Notes: a model not told the origin generated them from the letters alone. Positions 1-13,369 are shown, counted from the first letter of the whole stretch. The stretch: 60,228 bases of DNA, filler included, from Basidiobolus ranarum (GCA_040143965.1; 4 parts of 4 records of this genome joined end to end with filler, not necessarily neighbours in it); one strand, 5' to 3'. Translations and numbers: made by a program.

Positions 1-1302
1 TCTTCCAACAGATTAGTTTCATTTTACTTGGCAACTTCAGCCTCAATAGGAATGGATGATACTACCAAGCTTCTCCCACTTTAGCTCTCCAATTGTGGTT
101 ATCCTTGTGATAATTCAATCTTAAATTATTTCGTGTTTGACAAATACCCAAAACTATTTATATACTGCAATCCATTGGTGCCAAGAAATATAGTACGACA
201 CTTTGGAGTCGAGATTCTACTTTTGTGATGGAGGGTAACATGTAAAGTTAGAATGCATAATATGTCAAGATTCAACAATATATAAAAAACTTTAGAGTGT
301 CCGAAGTATCAAGCAAAATTAGTAAATATTACTAAGCTCTAGCGACATCTTCACACCACATACATCATAAATGCGGACACCTACTACCGATAATTCGCCT
401 ACTGCTGACAATCAACCTCTTATCAATCCTACAGAGAAGCCCACCCGCAAACATATACCTACAAAAACACTACCGCATGCAGAATACATCGGTTCGTCTC
501 TATTACAACTACTCCTGGAAGCTTTAACCTCTTTTCTTTGATGGAATATGTTAGGAATGCAGATAATGTCCACTTTACGTCAAATTCGATCCGAGCATTT
601 GGGTAGGCTTCTGATTGGACTTTGTAGTATTTATGGCATCATGCACTTAATCAACAATAATTCCACATTACTGCTTCGAAAGAACACCGCACACAGCATT
701 GATACATGGGTTGTGATACAATTGAGAATCTAAAACTACATCATATCCTCATATACTGGAATTACCAAGTCTAACGCAATTAGTTGGCTGTATTCATGTG
801 TTACCATATGATAGTTTCAACCTAAATATCTAGTAAAAATTTCAATCTTAACAAATGAAATTGTACCCAAGTTGATAAATACATTTAATTGATGTAAGAC
901 CATGCTTGAGTTCCATTCCAAGAGTAGTAAGGATGCCAGGTGAATGTGAACAGTTTGAAGATTTTGTCCTCAGTCAACATTTAGCATCTTGACTCCTGTG
1001 TGCGATTTTACCATTACAAAAACTTTACCTGGATATTACTATGCGCTAGTTAAACATCAACGGAAAATGCCGCAGCCAATGCTTTACTGAAATAGTCAAG
1101 TTGAGATAGGGGATTGTTAGCCTTGTATTGGTCAATTTGTGTAAGTGTATATGTGAAGAGTAGCATGAATGACATCATAAACGTCACCTGGTGTTGCCAT
1201 TGGTTTGGATGCAGAATCAAGTGATTCGTTCACTATTCGGTACTTCTGTTATAAAAGAGGGAATTGTGAGGTTCCTAATAATTGTTACTTCGCAATCAAA
1301 AT

Positions 1303-1968
1303 ATGCTAAGGTATGTTCAACATGAAATATGACAAGGCAAAGAGAAAGGGAAAATCTAACCGTATCTTAGCAAGATGAACGTCACTGACGCACATCCCTC
1401 ACTCATTCAATCATACTCTAAACAATGCCAGACAGATGATCAACGGTGGAAGGCATTAACTAGGCGCGATCCACTAACTGATCAGGAATTTGTTTACTGT
1501 GTCAAGACAACAGGCATATATTGTCGACCGACCTGTCCATCGCGGCTAGCTAGGAGAGCAAACGTTGTTTATTATGACCACTTTTCCCAAGCTAAGCAGG
1601 CGGGTTTTAGACCATGCAAACGTTGTAAACCTGAAGTGGAAAAAGCAAAACCAAGTGTCGATATCATTGCTCAAGCTTGCCAGTCAATATTAAGCTCTGC
1701 TCGTACCCATGTACCGGTCTCAGTATTGGCTTGTGATGCAGGTCTTAGTATCACGCAGTTTCGCCGACTTTTTAAAAAACGAATGGGAATGACGCCCACT
1801 CAATATGGCCGCTCTCACCTATTTTTGTCAGATACTGCCTCCAATATTCCATCAGACCATGTCACTTCTGATCTCTACAATTTAATTACGAGTTGCTTCA
1901 CACCAGAAGAGTTACAAACATCGCTTAGCCATCCCTTGAGAATCTCTGATGTCAAATCCGTTGGCTAA
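1303..1968 (+). CDS. Ada/AdaA-like methylphosphotriester-DNA methyltransferase (Ada Zn-binding domain plus AraC-type HTH)
   Basis: Ada N-domain motifs VKTTGIYCRPTCPSR and AGFRPCKRCKP supply four Cys ligands. They are followed by LACDAGLSITQFRRLFKKRMGMTPTQY (AraC-like HTH). Short exon 1 (ATG 1303, ATGCTAAG) splices in frame via intron 1311-1370 (GTATGT..CTAAC..TAG) to the ORF at 1375. Confidence 0.88.
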
Positions 1969-4613
1969 TAATATAATATACCTACACAAATTGACCTCAA
2001 GTAATATCAATTATTGATGTTGTCCTTTCAGCTTTTATACCTACCAAAATTGACCAATCAGATAATCTAAACCTCTACTTTCCAAATTATTATCTTAGTA
2101 AACTCGAGTCTTCCAAGGTAGCTGATTCAATTGGTGATTTAGCACGCAATCGTTGAGCGTATAGATAGCACTAGAAGTAGCATGGTCCAGCCACGTGGTC
2201 TGGTTTACTATTTGGAATAACAAGTGATTCGCAGTCGTATAGATTTTCCTGTACAGTAGTTGAACATTTATTAAATACATTTTATACAGAAAGCCTCACT
2301 AAAATCTACTAGCATCAAGTTAGAGCATATTACCATCAAATGCATGGTTGGTAAATAATAGAACAATGTAGAGTAGCACCAATTTAGATCTTACTCCTTA
2401 CATGAATAAGATTGAAATAGGATAAATAGAAATATTTGCAACGAGCGAAGGGGGTAAAATATACCATTATAAATGATACTTCTCATTGAAAGCAGTTGTT
2501 AAAAGCATCGCATTTCAATTTTATAATAGTTACGTTGATTTTCAAATAACTATTAAATATTAAACAATGAAAAATTCCAATCTCAAGTCATTGTGTCTCT
2601 TCTCTGGCCTTAAAGCTATTAGTACAACCGTACTTAGCATAAGGCTACAGGCTACGTGTGAGAGGGACTTCATAAGGGCGATGCTGACAACGGTAGGCGA
2701 TAATAGTAATGGAGCTGGAGCTTATGATGCTGGAAATGATGGCGATGGTGCTGGAGATGCCAGTAATAGAGGCAATAATAGATACATATAATTATTCCCA
2801 CCACTTTAGAAAGGGCTGAAGAGCATGGAAATGGTGGGCATGACGTGATCATGGTGCCAGCAATAGTAGAGATGAAGCTGGCATTTATTCTGCTGGTAAG
2901 AGTGGAAATAGTGATGCAAGTAATAACAATGAAAGAGATAGGGATATTGAGGCCATGTCTACAATACTAGAAACGGTGAAAGTCTTGGTGTTGATGGAAA
3001 TGAAGTTAGTATCTACGCTTCGGAGCAAGGAGTTTACAGTAATTGCGAGCAGGCCTGTCATAAACATAGTTTTTGGCATAGGAGTATGGTCAAAAACACA
3101 GTCAGAATCCTTGGCGCAAGCCTGGTTATCGGTTCCACTATATTGTTGATATTGGAATGCTTATGATAGTTGAAATCTATATAGGAATGCTTGAAGAGAG
3201 GCTTGCCTCTCAATATTGTTGATCCAACACCACTCCGGAGAACTTTGAGCTGGATTAAAGTAGTCAAAGTCTCAGGGAAAATACTCCTAAACCATTGTAG
3301 CACTAAGGTAATATAAAATTAGGCCGAATTTAATATAGAATACCTACATCACTAGAAGCCCTTAGTAAGATGAACAAAAAGGCTTTTAATATTATATGTT
3401 TGCGTATGAAGGATTCATACGTTTTGAATGTCGAGATTAAACAGTTTCCGATATTGCCTAATAGAATAATACGTGGAAATCCGTCTTACAAGGTCAAGGT
3501 GAACTCATGGTTAATTGGGCAGAAGTGCTGAAACATGCTTTGTTTATTATTTTTTATTTCCTAACCTTTCAACACCTAGCTGTTTAATATACCTAAACAA
3601 ATTTAGTTAGTTTGAAGTGTTAGTAAAGCAACATTTAGTTTTATTTTGTAACATACATGTAAAATCATTTTGTCTCATCAAAGTTTTTCAATATTGAGCT
3701 TGATATTTCTGCCAACTGCTCCCAAAATGGCTCATTTTACTGCCGAATACTTTCATTTGAATTTATTCTGTATTTTTGTATGTTTCCTTGAGAGGAATAA
3801 ATTACTTATTACTAATGATTAATCAACATCTCTCTATCTCAAATCAGGCTATTCACTATGTGATAGAGACGTTCAATATGGAGTTTCAGTCGTAAAACTA
3901 ACTCGTAGAACTAGATATAGATGTATATGGGAAATGGTTAAAAGCCAGTTACATTCATATAGAAGCAGAACAGCTCATGTTTACAAACTATAAAGATCAT
4001 GCATAGCGTAGAAAATGTCTACATGCATTAAAAGAATTGGGATAATTGAGCCAAAAAGGAGGAAACAGAAGTGGTATGATAACAGAAGTGATAACCAAAC
4101 TAGTAGGATTATTCTAATATTGAACCTGAAGCACTGTCGCCTCACAAGCCCAACGTAGACAAAATTCATGGGTGGTAAAAGAATTTTCAACCAATTTTCT
4201 TGATGTTCAAGCCTAATATTCTTAACGTTAGAGAAAATTAACACCCAATTTGAGCAATATACACAAAATAGTTTAACCAGATATTTACACAACAAATTTA
4301 GATTTAACCACTAATTTAACTCCAAATCAATCCAGCATTAGTTATCCCATAGGCTGTGTACGTCTGCTTAGCCATAAATATGGTATTTAACCATATACGA
4401 GGGAGTATGCCATTTTCTCTCGAATAAAGCGCATGATGTGTGCTCAGTTAGGATATTTTAAGACATAGCTTAGCAGATCACTAATACGGAGAAACAATTT
4501 AACACACACAACTATAGTTTTTGATTAACAACAGTGCAAATTCTCAATAGTTAAAAATGTTGTCTAACTTCTAGAAAAGCAATAGTGGAGGATCCTCTCT
4601 TTTTTCACATGCT

Positions 4614-4688
4614 GGCCAATCACAGTCAAGAGAGAATTTCCAACTATACCCAGCAACCAATCAGGCCCGACAATTCAACAGCCAATGA
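4614..4688 (+). promoter_or_regulatory. Cluster of three CCAAT boxes upstream of ORF 4797
   Basis: GGCCAATCA (CCAAT at 4616), AACCAATCA (4657) and AGCCAATGA (4682) all fit the NF-Y/HAP consensus RRCCAATSR. Confidence 0.55.
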
Positions 4689-4796
4689 GCTAGCAGTAGC
4701 CAAGTAACAAAAAAAAATTAAGTGTCACTATACCAAAGCAGTCACATAGTCATTCAAACACTTGGATTTCTTTAAATACCGCTATAATATCTAATC

Positions 4797-5453
4797 ATGA
4801 CTGACTTTTGTCTACTACTGAATATGCCCAAGAATATTACTGGCCACATTGGTACCTCTTCGTTCAAAAACAATGCTTATTCATCCGATCTAACTTTGAC
4901 AGAGAAGAATACCTCAACAGAAGTGGGATGCTTTGCAAAGTTGGTTACTGACAGGACAATAATGGATCTAATTCCGCATCACCACTTTTCCATTGCTCAG
5001 CCCATGCCTAGTGATAAAGGAAAAAGTAGAGAGGTGGAATATGGCAAAAGAAACAAAGCGGAGAAAGAAACAGGAAAAAGAGATAAAGCGGAGGAAGAGA
5101 CTGGTAAAAGAGACAAAGCGGAGAAAGAAACTGGAAAAAGAGACAAAGCGGAGAAGGAAAATGGCCAAAGAGGTAACGCAGAGGAAGAAACTGGCCAAAG
5201 AGACAAAGCTGAGAAAGAAACTCGTATTCAAACATCCAATTTCAATGATTTTGATGAGGCAAGCGTAGACCATTGGGTGGTGGATTTGGAAATGCAAAAA
5301 AATACAGCCCACTCTCTCGAGGTCCTAAATCATAAGCAGCGGGCTGATGACCACAATTTATCGCATCAGTTCAAGACAGTGGCCAGTGTCGTAAAGTTAA
5401 TTTTGTGTATATTACAAATAATCCAAACACTAATCGAACTATTTCACAAGTAG
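4797..5453 (+). CDS. Orphan 218-aa protein with six 10-aa charged repeats and a hydrophobic C-terminus
   Basis: Uninterrupted ORF with repeats G[KQ]R[DNG][KN]AE[KE]E[TN] and a C-terminal VASVVKLILCILQIIQTLIELF. No family recognised. Confidence 0.5.
   Translation: MTDFCLLLNMPKNITGHIGTSSFKNNAYSSDLTLTEKNTSTEVGCFAKLVTDRTIMDLIPHHHFSIAQPMPSDKGKSREVEYGKRNKAEKETGKRDKAEEETGKRDKAEKETGKRDKAEKENGQRGNAEEETGQRDKAEKETRIQTSNFNDFDEASVDHWVVDLEMQKNTAHSLEVLNHKQRADDHNLSHQFKTVASVVKLILCILQIIQTLIELFHK
5043..5222 (+). repeat. Six 30-bp coding tandem repeats
   Basis: Units such as ggaaaaagagacaaagcggagaaagaaact start at 5043, 5073, 5103, 5133, 5163 and 5193. Confidence 0.95.
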
Positions 5454-5524
5454 CATATTGGTGTTTAGCGAAAGTTAAATTGCGATCCCTGCATTAAGAT
5501 GCCAAGCAGTTTAATACTATCCAA

Positions 5525-5596
5525 CATCTAACCCTAATATTCAACTCTATCATCTAACCCTATTATTTAACTCTATCATCTAACCCTGTCATCTAA
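5525..5596. repeat. 26-bp tandem repeat (about 2.5 copies)
   Basis: catctaaccctaatattcaactctat / catctaaccctattatttaactctat / catctaaccct. Confidence 0.85.
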
Positions 5597-5828
5597 AATG
5601 TAACGCATTCTCGATACCCTGACATAATAAATTAGTTATTATCTTACAAGCTGGTAAAAATATCGTGGAAGCTCAACTAATCGTGCAGAGTTTATATTAG
5701 AATTAAGCACCAGGGTTTAATATTAGCGCCAAGTACACATGATTAAAACCACATCGAAAGAACCCCTGAAAGATTCAGACGTATGCTGGTTGTTGCTCAA
5801 ATCTGTAGCAAGAGAAATGATTGTTATG

Positions 5829-5912
5829 CATTCCAATATCTATCGATATAACTATACATGCTATTCATTCCAATATCTATCGATATAACTATACATGCTT
5901 TTCATTCCAATA
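5829..5912. repeat. 37-bp tandem repeat (about 2.3 copies)
   Basis: cattccaatatctatcgatataactatacatgct(a/t)tt starts at 5829, 5866 and 5903. Confidence 0.9.
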
Positions 5913-7839
5913 CCTATTCAGTCCTGAAAAGCGCAAGAAGATCACATTAATGTTAGATTCCGACATGACTGCCAATCTTAATTATATTCTCCGCATCATA
6001 ACAGAAATGCTGATGGCGGGGTAAGTCCTGCAGGATCTGGAGTAATGAACTGCTTTATTTAATAAGATCTTGTGTGCAATATAGAGGGGAAAATCGTGAC
6101 TGCCAAAATACTGTTTCACATATAAATCGTGCCAATACGGGAACGTGCAAAATATCGAGGGTTCATTGGTGCTACAGTAATACTGAACTAACCATATTGG
6201 AGAGTAAATGACAATCAGAGATCTACGTTATATGGTTGTGCGCACATGCTGATCCGAGCAAGCGGTCCAACTCGGAATAATAAGTATTATTGATACAAAG
6301 TTGTTACAATTGGTTATTACATGTGACACGGCTATATTGAATCTCATACACCTCCAGAGTTCCGTACTTGATATATGGAAAAATTCAATCCGTAGTAAGT
6401 GAAATCTATAGATTTTTAATTGCGTGCTTTTTTGAAGAGCATCAACATTCAGTATCATGTAAATAATAATAAGAAGCTACTGCTACATGATGGAAAAACA
6501 TCGTAAGCCTTACTCACGTGTTCTCCACCATGCTGTAATATCAAGAGCGCAGATATATGCCATATTTCTTAATTCACAACTGATTTTTTATCCATCATAG
6601 TTCTAAGCATACTGCACATATCAATTTTGGTTGAACACACCTTGATCACACCTTGATTACACACACTTTGGTTACACACACCCAATTCTATTGATATATC
6701 CAAGTTATAATGCTATTTCAGTATCAGTAGACAACTCTTAGAATATTATAATACGACAATGACAAACTAATAGAAATATTCTTCAAACTAGCCATTGCAC
6801 ATGTTTAGTATATTTGAAGTATATTTCCTAAATATATCCGCAACTAAATTTGCTCCATTTATTTTTGTTCTATATCAAATCTATCTTTAACTGCCTGAAT
6901 ATTTTTACAACTTTCTTTACACACCAGGCATTCAACCTTATTGGCATTCCCGATCATCTTCAGTACAAGTATTAGTACTAGTTTTCAATCCAAACATACT
7001 AAATGCGTAATAACTGTTATTTCTCCATCTTGACACCTCTAATTCCTTCCGTAAGTATACCCCTAATACTGATAGGCTGAACATTTATTTTATCATTTTT
7101 ATGCAAAAATACTGTGATTCCAAATCTGTTGTATTTAGATATGTTAATAAGATCCACTTTGATAAAATTACAGAGCCCTAATACTCTCTTAAACATATAG
7201 TGAAAGTAATCAGGAAAACCCATGTCTTTATTGTAGCTGGTATCCTTCCAAATGTATGATTTGCAGTTTCTGAGCATCTCAACATTGCTTCATTATAATG
7301 ATTTTACTGTATACTTGGTAGCCTATATTTAACAAATAACTACTAGGAATTCCAGAGTCAACTTCTAACTAAATACCTCTGCTTATTTCTATGTTCAATG
7401 ACATTACTTGCTTAGATTAAATTACACATTCTCCAGCGACCATAAAAGCACCATTTCGTTGCAAGAGTGATATTGACGATTTCGATGAAAATCATGTAAA
7501 TGTGGAAGGCTTTAATCGATTAATTAGTCACTCATCAACATTCGATTTTCACAGTGACTTGCTCACTCAGTCTGTATTTCGTAATGACTATAGTCTGAAC
7601 TCTGAGTCCTAGCAAACTCCAATTGTCAGAGAGTAACAATACATGTTGGAATTTATGACAGCGGCGTAGATGAAAATAAATTGGAGTTAGTAAGTTCTCA
7701 CAGGTATTCCCTACACATTGTTACGGTATCTACACCTGGTTAAGGTAGACAGGTGATGAGGATCTTTCCCTCACTTTCATGTCATAATGTATATATTAAT
7801 TATTTCATGCCGAATGAGCTAAATGGAGATCGTCTATGA

Positions 7840-8513
7840 TAGTTCAGAGGTATCCCATCAGTAAAGGGCGGATTGCCACCAATATTCCAAGGCTCTATTG
7901 ATAAATGAAGGGTGCTTGTAATATTGGAGTCTCGTTCAGTTCTAGTACTATCACTTTGAGGTTCACTACCGTTGTCACCGCAGTTACTGTCATGCTTCCT
8001 CTCCATGGAAAAACTATAAAAACATTAATTCTTGGTTATTCAACGCTGTCACCAGTATCTAGGCCGCTCATCAATTTCGAAAGTGATACTGAGGTTACCG
8101 AAGGTTATGGTCCGTCTCACACCTATTGGTGTACGGATTCAACCGTGGATACATAGGAATTCAAACCTCACCTAAAGGGCGTCACATCTGCTTGATATTA
8201 TGGAACAAGAATGCTACTAATCTTGCTCTAAGTATTGAGCAGTACCTTGGGTCGCTAAGAGACCTATAGTCATGACACCGCCCAAACTTGTCGCGTTGTT
8301 TATAGTAGTCAATACTACCGCCAATTGGGTGACAAAATATACTTCCCTGTCGTTGCTTACACCTTCAGAGCTAACAAGTTCAAGAGTTCCTTCTATGGAA
8401 ATGATACACATAATGGCCTGTTCTTGGTCATTGATGGTGAAGGAACTAGCCTTAATTATAATCTCCCTGCTTCCCACACCAAATATCACAAAGCGTTTCC
8501 TAATCTCACCTAA
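7840..8513 (+). pseudogene. Disrupted gene for a beta-rich, possibly aerolysin/ETX-like protein
   Basis: Same-frame segments broken by stops: GACNIGVSFSSSTIT, ESDTEVTEGYGPSHTYWC, ETYSHDTAQTCRVVYSSQYYRQLG..YNLP. The family call is only a pattern impression. Confidence 0.25.
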
Positions 8514-9463
8514 TAGCGTTTAACAAAATAATGGAGCTTCAAACTCCCAAATATTTTATAACGATCTTAGTGACGGTAATCTCTTGTATTAAATCAGTAA
8601 GTTATTGCAATTGTAATGTAGATGTGAAAGTTGATGTCAGTATGAAAAAATAAACCTCCTGTATTAATGAGGTATTACTTATCATCTAGATTTTCCAATT
8701 TTTCACTTAACTCAGATAACCTTGTACTGCTATCTGGTGGAGAATTTCTTTTCGCATTCTTGGTATCGCTGTAGTTATTCACCCTCACCATAATATGTAG
8801 CTAATTCAATCTCATACTTTCTACCTAAAAGAAACCTTACTAGTCAAATCGAACCTTCGATACCATAATTTTTGACACTAAGAGAGTATACCTCTGAAGC
8901 AATAAGGATATTAATAGCTGACCAATGATCGATTCATAGGTACTATCAAGGATTATACTGCCCATTGCCTGCTATCGAAAGTTATACTGCTCATTACTAT
9001 CGGGGGTTGTACCACGAAGATGTCGTCAGAACGTAGGGTTAGGATAAGGATATGTTGAAATGGACTGAGTTTCATAAATAGCTACATTAAAAATCACAAT
9101 GACATGAGTGTTACAATGAATGAATTATTGAGGGTTATACATAGTATAAAATCTATTGATTATGGAGATCTGTTTCGTATCCTGTTCCACCCAGCTCTGA
9201 TCAATCGCGTTAGGAGTAAGCGTCTAATCAATGTGTCTAATTCCAACCTGGCAAGTGTCACCGATGAGTCAAGTTCAATGGTCTTTTTACAATGTTTGTA
9301 CTAATTAGATGAACACTACTTGTGCTGCTATACTAACTTCTAAAGTAACGCGTATGTCTACCAAGTTTTTGTATTCCATATCTTTTCCCCACTGTTTACG
9401 ACATCAACTCACTATAAAAGTAACTACTTCTTCGTCTGTCATAAGATATCTCTCACTCTGACC

Positions 9464-9706
9464 ATGAAACTCGCTATTTTCTTATCTGCTATCGCCGCCT
9501 TGTACATTACCGGAGCTGATGCCGCCTGTTATTGCCTTTCAGCCACAGGAAAAGGAACTTTCTGCGGTTTCCAGCTAACTGGTGACTCGTGCTCTAAAAA
9601 TAATCTTTAAGAGTGTAATGCCTATCGTGAACTAGCTGTAGATCTTGGAAAATGCGTTAATGGATGTCGTGGCACCTACCCCAACCAAAATGATCACTGC
9701 AAATAA
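9464..9706 (+). pseudogene. Small secreted 8-Cys peptide gene with one in-frame TAA
   Basis: Translates as MKLAIFLSAIAALYITGADA-ACYCLSATGKGTFCGFQLTGDSCSKNNL*ECNAYRELAVDLGKCVNGCRGTYPNQNDHCK*. It has a signal peptide, TATAAAAG at 9413 and a premature TAA at 9608-9610. The ORF track misses it. Confidence 0.85.
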
Positions 9707-11525
9707 AAATGTCATTAGAGGGGATACCATTAAGCAACACCAACAAGTTGTGCTCAATAAAGAGATTTCTAAATTATCGAAAGATACCCTTATAAGCTTC
9801 TTTCATAAAGAAACGCAAATTCAACATATGATGTCATCAAAGGTTATACTAAGCTGTAAACGATCCAATAATTGTATTATTTTGGCCATGCCATGAAAGG
9901 AGTCTTGTCCATTTTATTTATTAAGCCCAGTGATGTCAATAAAAAGGAAAATGGGGATCATCATCCTTTTGTAGCCAGGTCCATACTTTATGAGTATTTG
10001 ACACTAAATTTGGCACTCGAGCTAAGTCAGTTTCATTATTCAAGCAAGTGTCTACCACCGTTACCAGAAACCATGGTAACTTGAACAATGCGAATATCAA
10101 TGAGCAAGACAATTCTGGTGTAAAGTATCAGTCCGGACCTAGCTTTGAAGTTAAAGGTAGCAGTGTAAAATCTGTTCAAGGAGAAGTTTTAAGTTCCGAG
10201 CTTAATGGCGATAGAAATATTACGCCAGGAGTGTACGAAATATCACAGAAATCTGAGGGCAGAATGTAAATTTCTCCAACACTACCAGCGCATGATTCTA
10301 GTTCTGAAAAGGCTTCAAGTATCTAATTCAGAGCTCAATAATGAGTAACAATGTACAAAAAATAACTGATACAGGTTCAGATGCTATACACTTCTATCTA
10401 ACCTCGCAGTTAGCAAATACTCTTGGCCAGTCCTTACCTCAGCCAGCGTTACCTGATCAGATCTGAAGGAATTCAGCTGAAGCAGCCATGCTTTGTCCTG
10501 TTCGAATCATAGATCAAACCCAGACAATAAACTAACACTTGCACCCAATTGTATAGCTTTCAACAATTCTATGATACCTCAACTGTTTTATAATTTTTTT
10601 GTGACATTAAGAGGATTACAAGCTGTCAAAATGTGCAAATTGTCCTCGCCTTTCGTGTCGAGAATGTTGTCTTCTGGGGCGTAGTGTAAACATTGATATA
10701 TGTTTAAAGTACTCTAAACTACTCCATCAAATCGATCAACTTGGCCAGGTGGGAGGCACTATTGTGGACCTACTTCCCATTGTTCATATTACTCATATGC
10801 ATTCAAAAGCAGCCTAGCCAAATCTAAACAAAACAAAAGTTATGAGGATCTAATCTCACATAATGATTTTAAATTTTGAAGGAAGCCTCTAATACCAACC
10901 CAATAAATATATAATCAATATTCGTATTAGGGTCATTCGGGATTTTGGAATGCAATTTGTTCATCAACTGTAACCAATGAATTATTATTGCCACCTTAGT
11001 TAATCTCAAAAATTGAGTGTAAAAGCCGATCTTTTACTGAGGAAACTCATCATCGTGTACCACGCTCTAGATTCCTTATTCTCTTTCGCCCAAGACTGAA
11101 GAAGAACTTTCACATAAGACGGCTTTCTATATACTACTTTCATGACTATTGTAAACTAACCGAATATGAGTACTTATATTTCTGTCAGATAGTTCATATA
11201 CTGAATGCCATATAATGAGGATATAATATGGGATAACTAATGGAAATATGGGATAACTAATGGAAATCGTGTGTAGAAATGCTCCTGTGCGGAGATAGAA
11301 TCATGAATATCCATGTAGCAAGATCTGCATTCTCGATTTGTCAGCATTCTCGGATGATCTCATTCCGCCACTCATTTACCAATTCTTACCGGAATTAATA
11401 ATTATTAAATTATCCGCAGCAAATATTGGGCTATTGAGGTTCAAATGGTGTGATTACGTGCTGGCTTCGCGCATGTATATAACACCCTAGAAGGTTTCTA
11501 GGGAGATCAACAACAATTCTACACA

Positions 11526-13065
11526 ATGTCGTCATCCGCTACAGTATTGCCTCGTCGTACGATTGGTGAAGACCTAGTATCTGCTTTAGGTTATGGAGCA
11601 ATGGTAAAGGAAGTAAGGTTTATAACGAAGTGAGCTCTGATCTAACTGGTATCTACGATTGCAGGGAATTGGAGGAATCGCATATGGCTCTGCTGGCTCC
11701 GATGAAGAACGTTTCCAGGTAAAGATTCAACCTCAACACGTACTTCTTGTCATAGAATAATTCTTTCGACTCTGGATAGTTTCTTGATACACTCTTTGAA
11801 TCCGGTTGTACTAATTGGGATACGGCTGATATATACGTAAGTGGAGGAGTTTTATATCTGGATTCAACCAAGAACTAAGTGATATCATTTTGTTATAGGG
11901 AGATAGTGAGGAACTAATTGGAAAGTGGTTCAAACGTACAGGAAACCGCAGCAAGACTTTCCTTGCCACCAAGTTTGGTATCACTCCTGCTGGCATCAAT
12001 GGCAAGCCTGAATAGTAAGTCTTTTGTAATGGCTAATATGGAAATGATTCCTTAAAGAAAGCTAATGTGATTGAAGTGTGCACTCAGCCATAGAAAAATC
12101 ATTGAAGCGCCTAGGGGTAGATCAAGTAGATCTATACTACTTGCATCGAGTAGATAGTACTATTCCTATTGAGGAGACTGTAAAGGCTATGGCTGAATTA
12201 GTGAAGTATGTCATCATTCTTCTTTACAATATTGAAGCTTACCTTAATCTGACAAATGTATCACTAGAGAGGGGAAGGTAAAGTACTTGGGACTGTCTGA
12301 GCCATCCTCCCAGACACTTCGACGTGCCCATAAAGTTCACCCCATCAGTGCTATTCAAGTGGAGGTTAGCTCGTATAGTTTTCATGCTTAATAGAGCTGC
12401 TTGAACGACTAACTATATTGATTCTATCTGCAGTATTCTCCATTTGCTCTCGACATCGAGGAAAAGGGACATCTTCTTGATACCGCCCGTGAACTCGGAA
12501 TTGCAGTGGTAGCATACTCTCCATTAGGTCGTGGCCTTCTCACTGGCCAAATTGTAAGTACTGAATAGTGTAGTAGGTGTTGTTAACACAGTCAAAAGCT
12601 CACCATTCTTACTTCAATATGTGATAGAAATCATTTGATGATTTTGAAGATGACGACTTTCGTAAAACCGTTCCAAAGTTCTCCCGAGATAACTTCCCCA
12701 AAATAATTAAACTCGTCAACGAATTGCAAGAGATTGGGAAGAAACATAAAGCTACCTCTAGCCAAGTTACATTGGCTTGGCTTTTAGCTCAAGGTGACGA
12801 TATTATACCTATTCCTGGGTGAGTTCATTTTTTGCATCGATTGTTACGGTATCATTCAAATTTGTAATTAATCATTTACCTAAACAGTACCAAGAAAGAA
12901 AAATATTTGTCGGAGAATCTGGACTCACTTAAAATAACCCTTTCACCAGAGGAGCTGGCCACCATCCACAAATTGGCTCAAGCAGCAGATTCGGATATTT
13001 TGGGTGCTCGGTACTCTTCCGAGTTTAATAAGTATCTGTATTTAGATACTCCTGAATTGAAGTAA
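11526..13065 (+). CDS. Aldo-keto reductase (AKR13/YakC-like), 9 exons
   Basis: Spliced translation gives [69 protein letters not shown] and IPIPGT. The catalytic D/Y/K/H residues are present and eight GT-AG introns keep the frame. Confidence 0.95.
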
Positions 13066-13369
13066 GGATAATCTTGGTGTAACCTTTGCGGTTATTGCTA
13101 TTAACAGTGTATATTTCTCTTACTACTCCCATTAAATAAACCATCTGTTGAACTTTATTATCTCCGTAATTATATATGCTATAACTGATGACTGTTATAC
13201 TTTTTGCAAACATAATTTTAATGTCAGCATCTCAGCAGTCACAATATAATTTAGCTTTACACTTAGCACAGAGTGTAATTGGAGCCCAGATAAATCGACC
13301 CAAAATATGGTGATTCCACTACTCTTTATGATGCTACTTTCATATGTATTAGTATTTTTTTTGTACTTT

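Noticed and set aside
2580-3303. Minus-strand Cys-containing and Ser/Pro-rich fragments suggesting a decayed secreted protein
   Set aside because: Multiple stops and frameshifts and no recognisable family; too weak to call.
5525-5596. TAACCC motifs as telomeric repeats
   Set aside because: Single hexamers inside a 26-bp minisatellite, not a telomeric array.
5829-5912. 37-bp repeats of CRISPR-like length
   Set aside because: Head-to-tail with no spacers, no cas genes, and a eukaryotic context.
6228-7277. Short minus-strand ORFs in AT-rich DNA
   Set aside because: No recognisable motifs, splice structure or coding signal.
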